A DNA stretch of 64,000 nt from Candidatus Multivoradales bacterium (GCA_965223855.1 CBDCXM010000009.1:1920001-1984000); one strand, 5' to 3'; positions 47,728-58,274 are shown, counted from the stretch's first letter. Notes: generated by a model not told the origin, from the sequence alone. Numbers and translations: made by a program.

Positions 47728-50519
47728 AGAGCCGGCGAGGGGCGGCGATGCCCTGGCTCCTGGCGTGTCTCCTCGGCGCCTTGCCGGCGGCGACAGCCGC
47801 GGTGACGGTCACCGCAGTCGAAGTCCGGTGCGACGTTCCGGTGCCGCTCGAGGAGAGCCTGATCGACTGGGTGACCGTGGAAGTAGGCGATCCGCTCGAC
47901 AGCGAAGCGGTGGCGGCTTCACTCCGCAGCCTTCACGCGGCGGGGGTCGCCTCTCAGATCGATGCCTACACCGAGCCCCACCTCGATGGGGTGCGGCTGA
48001 TCTTCGGCCTGCGGGCGAGGGTGTTGATCGAGGACGTGCAGTGGGTCGGAGACCTCGGCACCGACCTGTGGCGGCTGCGCGACGCGACGCCGATCGGAGT
48101 CGGCGATCCGTTCCTCGCCGACGGGGTGTTCCGGGCGGTCTACGCGCTGCAGGATCTGATGGAAGCGGAGGGATTCCTCGATGCCAGCGTGAGAGTGGAG
48201 GTCGATCAGGCCGAGGCTCGCAAGCGGGCGACCGTGCGGTTCCGGTTCGACAGCGGGCCTCCCTCGACGGTCGGTGAGGTGGGTTTCGCCGGCGAGTTTG
48301 GAGGGCTGGCGCCCGACGAGCTCCGGCGGCCCCTCAGAATGCGGCGCGACGAGCGCTACCGCCGCAGGGTCGCGCGGGACGACGCCGATCGGCTGGAGGA
48401 GTGGCTGGTGCGCAAGGGGTTCCGGCAGGCGAGGGTCCAGCCTCCACAGGAGCGGCGCGACGGCGAAGCACGGGTCGACCTCGTCTTCCCGCTCGAACTC
48501 GGGCCGAAGTTCGAGGTGGTGGCGGCGGGCGACGCCAAGCGTCTCGAGAAGGAGAAGCTGCTGCCGCTCAAGGACGAAGAGCGCTACGACGACGTCACCG
48601 TGAGCGAGGCGACGAGGGCTCTCGAGATCGCCTACCAGCAGCGCGGCTTCTACGAGGCGCAGGTGGAAATTCGCGAGGAGCCGGGAGACGAGCTCCATCG
48701 CCTGATCGTCGACGTGGCGCCCGGCCCGCGGTTCGAACTCCGCAGGATCCGCTTCGAGGGCAACGCGTCGCTGCCGCGGGATCGGTTGCTCGCCGTGATG
48801 CAGAACGCCGAGGGGCGGCTGCTCGACCTCGGAGCGGGCAGACTGGTCGACGCCTGGCTCGAGAACGACCTCAAGTCGCTGCGAGCCCTCTACGCGCTCG
48901 AGGGCTTTTCCCGAGTCCGCGTCGGACCGGCGGAGATCGTGAAGTCGGGCCTGGAACTCGAAGTGACGATCCCCGTCGAAGAGGGGCCGAGGTCCCTCGT
49001 CGCCGAGCTCGAGTTCGTCGGCGCCGAGGCGATCCCGGCCGCGGAGCTGCTCGACGGCCTGGTGCTCGCCGAAGGGGGGCCGTACCATCCGCGGCTCGAG
49101 GAGGAAGCGCTCGATCAGGTCCGGGCGCGCTACGAGGCCGCCGGCTACGACCAGGCGCGCGTGCGCTCGGAGAGAGCGTCGGCCGCCGAGGGGACCCTCG
49201 TGAGCCTCTCGTTCGAGATCGCCGAGGGGCCGCAGAGCGTCGTCGAGCGGGTGGTGGTGCGCGGGCGCCAGCGAACCCGGCCGCAGGTGCTCGCCCGGGT
49301 GATCGACCTTCCGCCGGGAACGCCGCTCTCGCGGGCGCGGCTGCTGGAGCTGGAGCGGCGCCTCTACGGCATGGGAGTTTTCTCCCGGGTCGACGTCGGG
49401 CTCGTGCCGGGAACCCCGTACAGCTCCGGCCGCGACGTCAAGATCGAGGTTCGAGAGGGCAAGAGCCAGCGCCTCACCTACGGCTTCGGCTACGACTCGG
49501 AAGACGGAATCCGCGGACTCTTCGGCTACTCGCACGCCAACCTGTGGGGCCGCGCGATGTCGGGACGGATCGACCTCAGGATCAGCAGTCGCGACCGCCA
49601 GGCGCGCGCCCTGCTGCGCCAGCCGTACCTGGGGCGTTTCCGCCTGCCGACGACCTACTCGCTGTTCAGCATCGAGGAAGAGGAGCCGAGCTTCCGCTCG
49701 CGCCGCAACGGTGCCCAGTTCGAGATCGAGCGCTTCGCCGGCGATGCGCGCTGGAGCCTGTTGGCGACCTATCGAAGGGTCGAGATCGCCGATGCCGACC
49801 CGGCGCTCGAGACTCTCCTCGTCGATCGCCGTTTCCAGGAGGTGACGATCACCAGCGTCTCACCCAGTCTGACGATCGACCGGCGAGACGATGCCGTAGA
49901 CCCGACGCGCGGCTGGACCGCTACCGGCCTCTTCGAGTACGCCTTCCCCTCCCTCGACGCGGACGAGGAGTACGGCAGGCTGTTCGTCCAGCACACGCGC
50001 TACCTGCCTCTGGGGAGGTTCGGCGTCGTGGCGGGAAGTGCTCGCGCCGGGCTGCTGGAGCCGCTCGGCAACGAGGACCAGATCGATCCGGTGTGCGCGG
50101 AGTTCGGACTCGACTCGCCGTCGTGCCGGATCAAGATCTCCGAGCGCTTCTTCGCCGGCGGGCGCACCACCCACCGTGCCTACCGCCGCGACCGGCTCGG
50201 TGTCTTCGGCGAGACCCTCCTGGTGGTCGGTGACGACGAGGCGCCGGTGCCGTTCGGCGGCACCGGGCTGGCGCTGGTCAACCTCGACTACCGGTTCCCG
50301 ATCGGTGGCGGAGTCGGCGGGACGCTCTTCGTCGATGCCGGCAACCTGTGGGGCGACTGGCGGGACGCCAGCGCCTCCGACCTCAAGGCCGGCGCAGGCG
50401 TCGGTGTGCGCTACGCATCACCGATCGGGCCGGTGCGGCTCGAGATCGGCTGGAAGCTCGACCGGGCGCCCGGCGAGGATCCCTACGTGGTGCTCTTCAG
50501 CTTCGGCAACCCGTTCTGA
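47724..50519 (+). CDS. Omp85 family (BamA/TamA-like) outer-membrane protein
   Basis: Multiple POTRA domains, ERFFAGG..THRAY, SPIGPVRLEIG, terminal FSFGNPF. Confidence 0.9.
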   Translation: MKSRRGAAMPWLLACLLGALPAATAAVTVTAVEVRCDVPVPLEESLIDWVTVEVGDPLDSEAVAASLRSLHAAGVASQIDAYTEPHLDGVRLIFGLRARVLIEDVQWVGDLGTDLWRLRDATPIGVGDPFLADGVFRAVYALQDLMEAEGFLDASVRVEVDQAEARKRATVRFRFDSGPPSTVGEVGFAGEFGGLAPDELRRPLRMRRDERYRRRVARDDADRLEEWLVRKGFRQARVQPPQERRDGEARVDLVFPLELGPKFEVVAAGDAKRLEKEKLLPLKDEERYDDVTVSEATRALEIAYQQRGFYEAQVEIREEPGDELHRLIVDVAPGPRFELRRIRFEGNASLPRDRLLAVMQNAEGRLLDLGAGRLVDAWLENDLKSLRALYALEGFSRVRVGPAEIVKSGLELEVTIPVEEGPRSLVAELEFVGAEAIPAAELLDGLVLAEGGPYHPRLEEEALDQVRARYEAAGYDQARVRSERASAAEGTLVSLSFEIAEGPQSVVERVVVRGRQRTRPQVLARVIDLPPGTPLSRARLLELERRLYGMGVFSRVDVGLVPGTPYSSGRDVKIEVREGKSQRLTYGFGYDSEDGIRGLFGYSHANLWGRAMSGRIDLRISSRDRQARALLRQPYLGRFRLPTTYSLFSIEEEEPSFRSRRNGAQFEIERFAGDARWSLLATYRRVEIADADPALETLLVDRRFQEVTITSVSPSLTIDRRDDAVDPTRGWTATGLFEYAFPSLDADEEYGRLFVQHTRYLPLGRFGVVAGSARAGLLEPLGNEDQIDPVCAEFGLDSPSCRIKISERFFAGGRTTHRAYRRDRLGVFGETLLVVGDDEAPVPFGGTGLALVNLDYRFPIGGGVGGTLFVDAGNLWGDWRDASASDLKAGAGVGVRYASPIGPVRLEIGWKLDRAPGEDPYVVLFSFGNPF

Positions 50520-50691
50520 TCGGCCGGTCCTCTCCCGGGCTGCGAGACCCTCGGGCTGCCCCCTTTTCGCCGACGACCTGCTATCCTCCGCGCTCCGCGG
50601 GGCGTTCGCCCCAACCTCACCCGATCCAGGTCCGTCGCAGCCCGCCGATCCTCGGCCCGGCAGCGGGGGAGTTTCAAGGAGTTCCCACGAG

Positions 50692-52419
50692 ATGTCCGAT
50701 CGTTTGAATCCGCCGCACGGCGGTGTGTTGATCGATTTGATGCTGCCCGCCGACGAGCGGGAGGCACTGCAGACGGAGTCCGTCGACTGGCCGAGCTGGG
50801 ATCTGACCCCGCGCCAGATGTGCGACCTCGAGCTGCTGATGAACGGCGCGTTTTCGCCGCTGACCGGCTTCCTCACGCGCGAGGACTACGAGGCGGTTTG
50901 CGACGGAATGCGGCTCGCCGACGGCACGCTGTGGCCGCTGCCGATCACCCTCGATGTCCCGGCCGAAGTGGCCGAAGGACTGGAGATCGGTTCGAAGCTG
51001 GCGCTGCGCGACCCCGAGGGGGTGATGCTGGCGGCGATCGAGGTGGAGGACAAGTGGGAGATCGATCGCGAGTCCGAGGCCGAGCGGGTCTACGGCACGA
51101 CCGATCGCAAGCATCCCGCCGTCTCCTACCTGTTCGACCGTTCGAACCCGGTGGCGATCGGCGGCCGCGTGCTCGGTTTCGAGCTGCCGCACCACTACGA
51201 CTTCGTGGCGCTGCGCGCCGCGCCGGAGGATCTGCGCCGGCGCTTCGAGCGCCTCGGCTGGCGCCGGATCGTCGCCTTCCAGACCCGCAACCCGATGCAT
51301 CGGGCTCATTTCGAGCTGACGCTGCGCGCGGCGAAGGACGTCGAAGCCAACCTGCTGATCCACCCGGTCGTCGGCATGACCAAGCCGGGGGACGTCGATC
51401 ACTACACCCGCGTGCGCTGCTATCAGCGGTTGGTGAGGCGCTACCCGCGCAACACCGCGATGCTCGCGCTGCTGCCGCTGGCGATGCGGATGGGCGGTCC
51501 CCGCGAGGCGCTCTTTCACGCCATCCTGCGCAAGAACTACGGCTGCAGCCACCTGATCGTCGGCCGCGACCATGCCGGCCCGGGCAACGACTCGAACGGC
51601 GAGCCGTTCTACGGCCCCTACGACGCCCAGGAGCTGCTGCAGCAGCACGCCGAGGAACTCGGCATCGAGATGGTGCCGTTCCGGATGATGGTCTACGTCG
51701 AGGACCGCGACGCCTACTTCCCGGTCGACGATGTGCCCGAGGGGACTCGCACGCTCAACATCTCCGGCACCGAGCTCAGGCAGCGTCTCGCCGACGGCCG
51801 CGAGCTGCCGGAGTGGTTCACCTTCCCCGAAGTGGCGGAGGAGCTGCGCAAGACCCACCCGCCGCGTGGCAGGCAGGGCTTCACCGTCTTCTTCACCGGG
51901 CTGTCCGGTTCCGGCAAGTCGACGGTGGCGAACTCACTGCGGGTCAAGCTGCTCGAGATGGGGGGGCGGCCGGTGACGCTGCTCGATGGCGACGTCGTGC
52001 GCAAGAACCTCTCCTCCGAGCTCGGTTTCTCCAAGGAGCACCGCGACCTCAACATCAAGCGGATCGGCTTCGTCGCCTCCGAGATCACCAAGAACGGCGG
52101 CATTGCCATCTGCGCGCCGATCGCCCCCTACGCGCAGGTGCGCCAGGAGGTGCGCGAGCTGATCGAGCCGGGCGGCGGCTACATCCTGGTCCACGTCGCG
52201 ACGCCGATCGAGGTCTGCGAGCAGCGCGACCGCAAGGGGCTCTACGCCAAGGCGCGGGCGGGCATCATCCAGCAGTTCACCGGGATCTCCGACCCCTACG
52301 AGGTGCCGGAGGACGCCGACGTCGTGCTCGACACGACCGACCTGCACCCCGACGAGACCGCCCAGCAGATCATCCTCCACCTCGAGAGCGAGGGATACAT
52401 CGGCGCCCGGGAGGGATGA
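50692..52419 (+). CDS. sat: Bifunctional sulfate adenylyltransferase / adenylylsulfate kinase (PAPS synthesis)
   Basis: FQTRNPMHRAH, GRDHAG, then APS kinase P-loop GLSGSGKST, LLDGD, RDRKGLY. Confidence 0.95.
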   Translation: MSDRLNPPHGGVLIDLMLPADEREALQTESVDWPSWDLTPRQMCDLELLMNGAFSPLTGFLTREDYEAVCDGMRLADGTLWPLPITLDVPAEVAEGLEIGSKLALRDPEGVMLAAIEVEDKWEIDRESEAERVYGTTDRKHPAVSYLFDRSNPVAIGGRVLGFELPHHYDFVALRAAPEDLRRRFERLGWRRIVAFQTRNPMHRAHFELTLRAAKDVEANLLIHPVVGMTKPGDVDHYTRVRCYQRLVRRYPRNTAMLALLPLAMRMGGPREALFHAILRKNYGCSHLIVGRDHAGPGNDSNGEPFYGPYDAQELLQQHAEELGIEMVPFRMMVYVEDRDAYFPVDDVPEGTRTLNISGTELRQRLADGRELPEWFTFPEVAEELRKTHPPRGRQGFTVFFTGLSGSGKSTVANSLRVKLLEMGGRPVTLLDGDVVRKNLSSELGFSKEHRDLNIKRIGFVASEITKNGGIAICAPIAPYAQVRQEVRELIEPGGGYILVHVATPIEVCEQRDRKGLYAKARAGIIQQFTGISDPYEVPEDADVVLDTTDLHPDETAQQIILHLESEGYIGAREG

Positions 52420-52455
52420 GCCTCGCCTGACAGCGATCCCGCCGACGGGCGCCCG

Positions 52456-53959
52456 ATGAGCGAGCGTCAGGACGCCGCGCTCGAGCGGCTCGGTGCCGGT
52501 GCCTCGCTGGCGCTCGTCGGCAGCGGGATCGGCAGGGTCGTCAACTTCCTCGGCCAGGTCGTGCTGGCTCGCTTTCTGGGTCCCTGCCGGGCTGGGGCTC
52601 TATGCGCTGGGGTGGGGTGCCTTCCGCCTGCTGACCCTGCCAGCGACTCTCGGCCTCAACAACGGCGTCCAGCGCTACGGCTCGATCGCGCGCCGCCGCG
52701 GCGGTATTGGTGGACGTGCCCTGCTGCGCAAGGCGTGGTGGATCACCGGCATTGCCTCGACGCTGCTGGCGATCGGTATGCTGCTGTCGGTCGAGCGATG
52801 GGCGGCGCGGCTGTCGGACTCTCCGCAGCTCGTGCCGATCCTCGTCGCCTTCTCGTTCGCGGTGCCGGCGGCGGCGTGGCTGAGGGTCGGCGCGGCGGCG
52901 ACCCGCGTGTCTCAGGACCTGCGGGCATCGGTCGCCATCGAGGACTTCGGCCGGCCGTTCCTGTTCGCCGTGTTCGCCGCGGTGCTGCTGTGGGCGGGCT
53001 GGGGCGCCTTCGGCGCCGGGTTGGCGGCGACCCTGTCGTTCGTGGTCGCGGGCGCGGTGGCGGTCTACTGGGCGCGGCGGTGGTTCCCGCAACGGCCTGC
53101 GGGGGACCCGGCGGACGAGGACGGGGTCGGCACCCGGGAACTCATTGCCTACTCGGTGCCGACGGCGATGGCCGGCACGGTGACGGTGGCGATGACCTGG
53201 CTCGACCGGCTGCTGGTCGGGTTCTACATGAACGAGACGGCGGTCGGCTGGTACCAGGTCGCGGCCCAGGCGTCGGGGCTCTTCGCCGTCGTCATCGGCG
53301 CCTTCACCGCGATTTTCGCGCCGATGATCGCCGGGCTTCTGGAGGGAGGAGACCGGGAACAGCTCCAGGAGCTCTACCGCACGGCGACCAAGTGGGCGGT
53401 GCTGGCGGTCGTCCCGGGGGCGGTGCTGTGCCTCGGCTTCTCCGACGTCGCCGTCGATGCGGTGTTCGGCGCCGACTTCGCCCCGGCGGCCCTGCCGTTG
53501 GCGATCCTCGGTCTCGGCCAGCTGGCGAGCGTCGCGACCGGCGCGGTCGGCTTCCTGCTGATGATGGGCGGACGCCAGAACCTGTGGCTCGCGCTGTCGC
53601 TGCTGGCGGTCGCGGCGGACGTCGTCCTCAACATGGCGCTCATCCCGCGCTACGGCCTGCCGGGCGCGTCGGTGGCGACCTCGATCTCGGTGGCGCTGCT
53701 CTTCGGAGCTGGGCTCCTGGCGGTGCGGCGGTCGCTGAAGCTGTGGCCTTGGGATCGTCGATTCGTCGCGGTCGCCGTCGTCGTGCTCACCGCGTTCGCT
53801 GCGGCGCTCCTCTTTGCTCAGGTCAACCCGCTCGGCTCTAAGGCGACGGTGCTGGCGGTCCTGCTGGGCACCGGTCTGCTGACCCTCGCCGGTTGGCGGG
53901 CACTGAGCTTCGAGGAGGCCGACGACATCCTCGTGGCGAAACTCCTGAGACGGCGATGA
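52456..53959 (+). CDS. Polysaccharide flippase (1-bp frameshift near 52583)
   Basis: N-terminus to LARFLGP in one frame, continuing AGLGLYALG... in the 52493 frame; MOP-family TM pattern. Confidence 0.85.
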
Positions 53960-54873
53960 GACCGCGGGTGCTCTACGTCGCCGGTCTCGGGCGAAGCGGC
54001 AGCACCCTCCTCGCCCGACTGCTCGCAGAGCTGCCAGGGACGGTCTCGGTGGGAGAGGCCCACCACCTGTGGCAGACCGGCGCGGTGCGCGCCGCCGGCG
54101 ACGAGCTGTGCGGCTGCGGTCGCACCTACCTCGAGTGCGGGTTCTGGACCGGGGTGCTCGAAGAGGCTCTGGGTGATCCCCTGCCGCTCGAGGAGATGCG
54201 GCGCCAGGCCGACGCCGTCGCCCGGATCCGCCGGATCCCGCGTCTCGAGCGCGGTGGCGATCCTCGCTTCGAAGGGGAGGTGCGCGAGTACGGCGAGGTC
54301 TGGCGGAGGATCTACGAGCACGTCGCCGGCGAAGACGGGAGCTGGGTGATCGACGTGTCGAAGGATCTCGGGCCCCTCTTCCTGCTCGCGAGGATCGAGC
54401 GGCTCGAACTGAGGATGCTCCATCTGGTGCGCGATCCGCGGGCCGTCGCGTACTCCTGGAGCACCCGCAAACGCCGGCCGGAGTTCCTCGATCGGGAGGC
54501 CTACCTCGACCGGCCCGGGCCGCTCGTGACTTCGGGGCGCTGGATCTACAGCAACCTGCTGGCGGAGCGCTTCACGCGACGGTTCCCCGAACAGTCGATG
54601 CGGCTTCGCTACGAGGACCTGGTGGCGCGGCCGCGCGAGGAGCTGGCGGCGATCGCCGACTGGCTGGGGCTCGAAGGGCGGCCGAACTTCCGCAACGAGA
54701 CGACCGTCGTCCTCGAGAGCAGGAGCTGCCTGATCTCGGGCAATCCGATGCGGTTCGGCGGCGACACGCTGACGATCGCCGCCGACGAACGCTGGAAGGA
54801 CGCCATGCCGGCGTTCACGCGAGCGGCCGTGGCTGCGGCGACGTGGCCGTGGCGACGCCGGTACGCTTACTGA
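53956..54873 (+). CDS. Sulfotransferase
   Basis: 5'-PSB GLGRSGSTLL, CGCG..C, IDVSK, 3'-PB HLVRDPRAVAYS, RYEDL. Confidence 0.92.
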   Translation: MRPRVLYVAGLGRSGSTLLARLLAELPGTVSVGEAHHLWQTGAVRAAGDELCGCGRTYLECGFWTGVLEEALGDPLPLEEMRRQADAVARIRRIPRLERGGDPRFEGEVREYGEVWRRIYEHVAGEDGSWVIDVSKDLGPLFLLARIERLELRMLHLVRDPRAVAYSWSTRKRRPEFLDREAYLDRPGPLVTSGRWIYSNLLAERFTRRFPEQSMRLRYEDLVARPREELAAIADWLGLEGRPNFRNETTVVLESRSCLISGNPMRFGGDTLTIAADERWKDAMPAFTRAAVAAATWPWRRRYAY

Positions 54874-54876
54874 GCG

Positions 54877-56055
54877 ATGACGATGCCGGCGGCGGAGAAG
54901 TCGGGGATCGGCGGGCGGGCGGCCGCCGACTTCGTGATCCTCTCGTCGGTGCACTTTCACTTCACCTGGCAGCGCCATCAGGAGATCGCCGCCGGCCTCG
55001 CCGCCAGGGGGCACCGGGTGCAGTTCGTCGAGCCGATCCCGAAGCGGTGGCCGCGGGTGACCGAGATGGGGCGCGTCGTCGCCCGGCTCGGCGGTCGCTC
55101 GGTCGAGGCCGGCTCGGTCGGGCAGCAGGTGCCCGCCGGCGTCGAGCTCTACAACCTCAGGGCGCTTCCCGATGTCGGTCCGGCGAGCCGGTGGATCAAC
55201 CGGCGATGGTTCGTGCCGCGGGCCGCGAAGGAGCTCGAACGGCGACTGGGCCCGCCACGCCGCCGCACCCGTGTGGTGTGGCACTATCTGCCGCTGCCGG
55301 CGGCGATCGAGCTCGCCGAGCGGCTCGCTCCCGATCTGGAGGTCTACGATTGTGTGTGGGACTGGGCGCGAGACCCGTACTCGGCCCCGGGAGTGACCTG
55401 TGAGGAGCGCCTGGTCGATCGGGTCGATGCCGTCTTCGCCGACTCGCCGTTCCTGACCGAGCGTTTGCGCGCGCGCCATCCGCGGGTGCACCGGCTGATG
55501 CCGGGCGTCGATCCGGCTCGCTGGGAGCCGGCACGCACCGTGCGCGAGCGCAGCTCCCGGCCGCAGTGCGCCTACTTCGGCGCCATCGGCGCCAACCTCG
55601 ACCTCGAGCTGCTGGAAGCGGTAGCGGCTGAGTTTCCTCTACGCCTGATCGGGCCTGTGCAGGTCGAGCTCGGCCGCGCGCTCGGGGAGACGGCCGAGCT
55701 CGTCGGTGCGGTCCCGGCGGCGGAGGTCGCCGCGCTGCTGGCCGACGTCGACGTCCTGGTGCTGCCCTACCGGCGCGGAGGGCATGTCCGCGGGGTGCTG
55801 CCGGCCAAGACCTTCGAGTGTCTGGCGACCGGCAAGCCGGTGGTGACGAGTGGTCTCGACAGCCTGGAGGAGTTCGGCGAGGCGTTCGCCCGGGCCGAGG
55901 GGGCCGAAGCGTTCGTCGCCCGGGTGCGCGAGGTGGCGGGCGATCCGGTTGCCAGCCGAGAAGAGCGCCTGGAGTTGGCGCGCCGACAGGACTGGGCGCA
56001 GCGCATCGACGCCGTCGAGGCGGTCGTCGCCGACCTGCTGGGAGAGCGAAGCTGA
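54877..56055 (+). CDS. Glycosyltransferase, GT-B (TuaH-like)
   Basis: WQRHQ, VYDC, YFGAI, PAKTFECLATGKPVV. Confidence 0.88.
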   Translation: MTMPAAEKSGIGGRAAADFVILSSVHFHFTWQRHQEIAAGLAARGHRVQFVEPIPKRWPRVTEMGRVVARLGGRSVEAGSVGQQVPAGVELYNLRALPDVGPASRWINRRWFVPRAAKELERRLGPPRRRTRVVWHYLPLPAAIELAERLAPDLEVYDCVWDWARDPYSAPGVTCEERLVDRVDAVFADSPFLTERLRARHPRVHRLMPGVDPARWEPARTVRERSSRPQCAYFGAIGANLDLELLEAVAAEFPLRLIGPVQVELGRALGETAELVGAVPAAEVAALLADVDVLVLPYRRGGHVRGVLPAKTFECLATGKPVVTSGLDSLEEFGEAFARAEGAEAFVARVREVAGDPVASREERLELARRQDWAQRIDAVEAVVADLLGERS

Positions 56056-56822
56056 AGATCTCCCTGTTGGGCCTCGAGCTCGACGCGCTCACCCGCGAAG
56101 AGCTGGAGGCGGGGATCGTCGAGGCGATCGACTCGGGCCGCCGCCGGGTCGTCGGTCATCAGAACCTGCACGGCCTGGCGGTGGCGCGTCGCGAGCCGGT
56201 CATGGGCCGCTTCGCGAGCCAGGCCGACGTCGTGTTCCTCGACGGCATGGCCCTTGTGGCGATGGCGCGCGGTCTCGGCTACCAGCTCTCCCGTCGCCAT
56301 CGGGTGACCTATGCCGACTGGATCGACCCGCTGATGGCGCTCGCCGGCCGGCAGGGTTGGCGGGTCTTCCACCTCGGCGGGCGCGACGGCGTCGGCGAAC
56401 GGGCGGCCGCGAGCCTCGTTTCCCGGCATCCCGGCCTCGACCTGCTGACGGTACCCGGCCACCTCGACGCGGAGAGTACGGCGCAGGTGGTCGACCGGAT
56501 CCGGGCCGAGAAGCCGCAGCTGCTGCTCGTCGGCATGGGCATGCCGCGGCAGGAGCGCTTCGTGCTCGACCATCTGGAGGAGCTGCCGCGAGCTGCGATC
56601 CTCACTTGCGGCGCCTGCATGGACTATGTGGCGGGCGAGATCCCGACACCGCCCAGGTGGTCGGGCCGGATCGGGCTCGAGTGGCTGTTCCGCTGGGCTG
56701 CGGAGCCGAGGCGGTTGAGCGGACGCTACTTCGTCGAGCCGTGGCCGCTCGCCGTGCGCTATTTGCGAGAATGGCGGCATCGAAGGGCAGGCGGGCATCG
56801 AGACGGAGACGAGGATGGCTGA
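56052..56822 (+). CDS. WecB/TagA/CpsF family glycosyltransferase (start uncertain: CTG 56052 or TTG 56067)
   Basis: NLH, DGM, VGMGMPRQE, P.W..RIGLEWLFR...EPRRL..RY. Confidence 0.9.
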   Translation: MKISLLGLELDALTREELEAGIVEAIDSGRRRVVGHQNLHGLAVARREPVMGRFASQADVVFLDGMALVAMARGLGYQLSRRHRVTYADWIDPLMALAGRQGWRVFHLGGRDGVGERAAASLVSRHPGLDLLTVPGHLDAESTAQVVDRIRAEKPQLLLVGMGMPRQERFVLDHLEELPRAAILTCGACMDYVAGEIPTPPRWSGRIGLEWLFRWAAEPRRLSGRYFVEPWPLAVRYLREWRHRRAGGHRDGDEDG

Positions 56823-58245
56823 CGGGGGGCGGCGCCTCACCGCACCACGCGTGAGCGCTGCGCGCTGGCCGCGCACCGCCCGTGTCGTGGTCCTCCTGCT
56901 CGTCGACGGCCTCGCGATCTTCGCCGCCTCGGCGATCGCCTACCTGTTGTGGGCGCTGCCGGTGCACGGACAGTTGCCGAGTCTCTACCTGCAGTTGCTG
57001 CCGCTGCTCCCGGCGTTCTTCCTCTCGAACGCCCTGTGGGGGCTCTATCCGGGCTTCGGCGCCGGGGCGGTCGAGACCCTGCGGCGGCTGTGCCTGAGTT
57101 CGAGCGCGATTTTTCTCGTGCTCGCCGCCGTGAGCTTCGCCCTCAAGGTCGAGCCGATCTACTCGCGCATGACGTTCGGCCTTGCCTGGCTCTTCACCCT
57201 GGTGCTGCTGCCGCTCCTGAGGTTCGGTCTGCTGTCGGCGGCGCAACATTGGAGATGGTGGGGTGAACCGTGCGTCGTCGTCGGCACCGGAGAGCTGGCG
57301 AGGCGCACGGTCGAGGCTCTGGAAGAGGCACTTTCGCTCGGCTACCGCCCGGCGGCGGTGCTGCGTCTCGACGACCAGGACGGCGGGGACGCGGCGGCAG
57401 GGCTTCCGACCCTCGCTTCGGCGCCCGGTCTGGCGGCGACAGGGATGCGGGTAGCGCTCGTCGCCGATCCACGGCTCGAGAGAGAGCCGGAGCGGATCGA
57501 TGCGCTCCGCCACGACTTCCGGCATGTCGTCCTCATCCGCGATCATGCCTCGCTGCCGGTCGACGGGCTCGAAGTGCACAACTTCGGCGCTGTCATCGGC
57601 GTGGAGTTCGTCAACCAGCTCCGGCGGCGGCGCAACCGCGCCTTGAAGCGGGGGCTCGATCTGACGTTGGGAAGCGTGCTCCTGGTCCTCACCACACCGC
57701 TGCTCCTGGGCGCGGCGGCGCTGATGCGCTTTCGCCACGGCCGACCGGTGTTCTATCGCCAGCTTCGAGAGGGGCGCGGCGGCAAGCTCTTCGATCTGGT
57801 GAAGCTGCGCACGATGCACACCGATGCCGAAGCGAGGCTCGAGCGATATCTGGAGACCAACCCGGAGGCGCGGGAGGAGTGGGAGTACCGCCACAAGCTC
57901 GTCGATGATCCCCGAGTGCTCCCCGCCGGCCGCTTCCTGCGCCGTTGGAGCCTCGACGAGCTGCCTCAGCTCTGGCATGTCGTGAGAGGCCAGATGAGCC
58001 TCGTCGGCCCGCGCCCGTTTCCCGACTACCACCTCGAGCGCCTGCCCGAGCGCTTCCGAGAGCTTCGCCGCCGCGTCCGCCCCGGCCTCACCGGCCTGTG
58101 GCAGGTCATGGTCCGCGGCGACGGTGGCTCCGCCGAACAGCAGTCGTACGACGCCTACTACATCCGCAACTGGTCTCCCTGGCTGGACCTCTACGTTCTC
58201 GGCAAGACCCTCGCAGCCGTCCTCCGCGGCCGCGGAGCGTTCTGA
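56815..58245 (+). CDS. Polyprenyl-phosphate sugar phosphotransferase (WbaP/WcaJ type)
   Basis: N-terminal TMs; KRGLD, KLRTM, DDPRV, SLDELPQL, MSLVGPRP, PGLTGLWQV. Confidence 0.93.
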   Translation: MADGGRRLTAPRVSAARWPRTARVVVLLLVDGLAIFAASAIAYLLWALPVHGQLPSLYLQLLPLLPAFFLSNALWGLYPGFGAGAVETLRRLCLSSSAIFLVLAAVSFALKVEPIYSRMTFGLAWLFTLVLLPLLRFGLLSAAQHWRWWGEPCVVVGTGELARRTVEALEEALSLGYRPAAVLRLDDQDGGDAAAGLPTLASAPGLAATGMRVALVADPRLEREPERIDALRHDFRHVVLIRDHASLPVDGLEVHNFGAVIGVEFVNQLRRRRNRALKRGLDLTLGSVLLVLTTPLLLGAAALMRFRHGRPVFYRQLREGRGGKLFDLVKLRTMHTDAEARLERYLETNPEAREEWEYRHKLVDDPRVLPAGRFLRRWSLDELPQLWHVVRGQMSLVGPRPFPDYHLERLPERFRELRRRVRPGLTGLWQVMVRGDGGSAEQQSYDAYYIRNWSPWLDLYVLGKTLAAVLRGRGAF

Positions 58246-58274
58246 AGGCGAGTCTTCACCGCCGCGGCGACCGG

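Noticed and set aside
18257-52590. Frameshifts in rfbC (~18291) and the flippase (~52583) as programmed frameshifting or phase variation
   Set aside because: Both are single-base indels in 2-3-nt C/G runs with otherwise intact genes. Together with the ~4230 case they look like long-read assembly errors; read mapping is needed to be sure.
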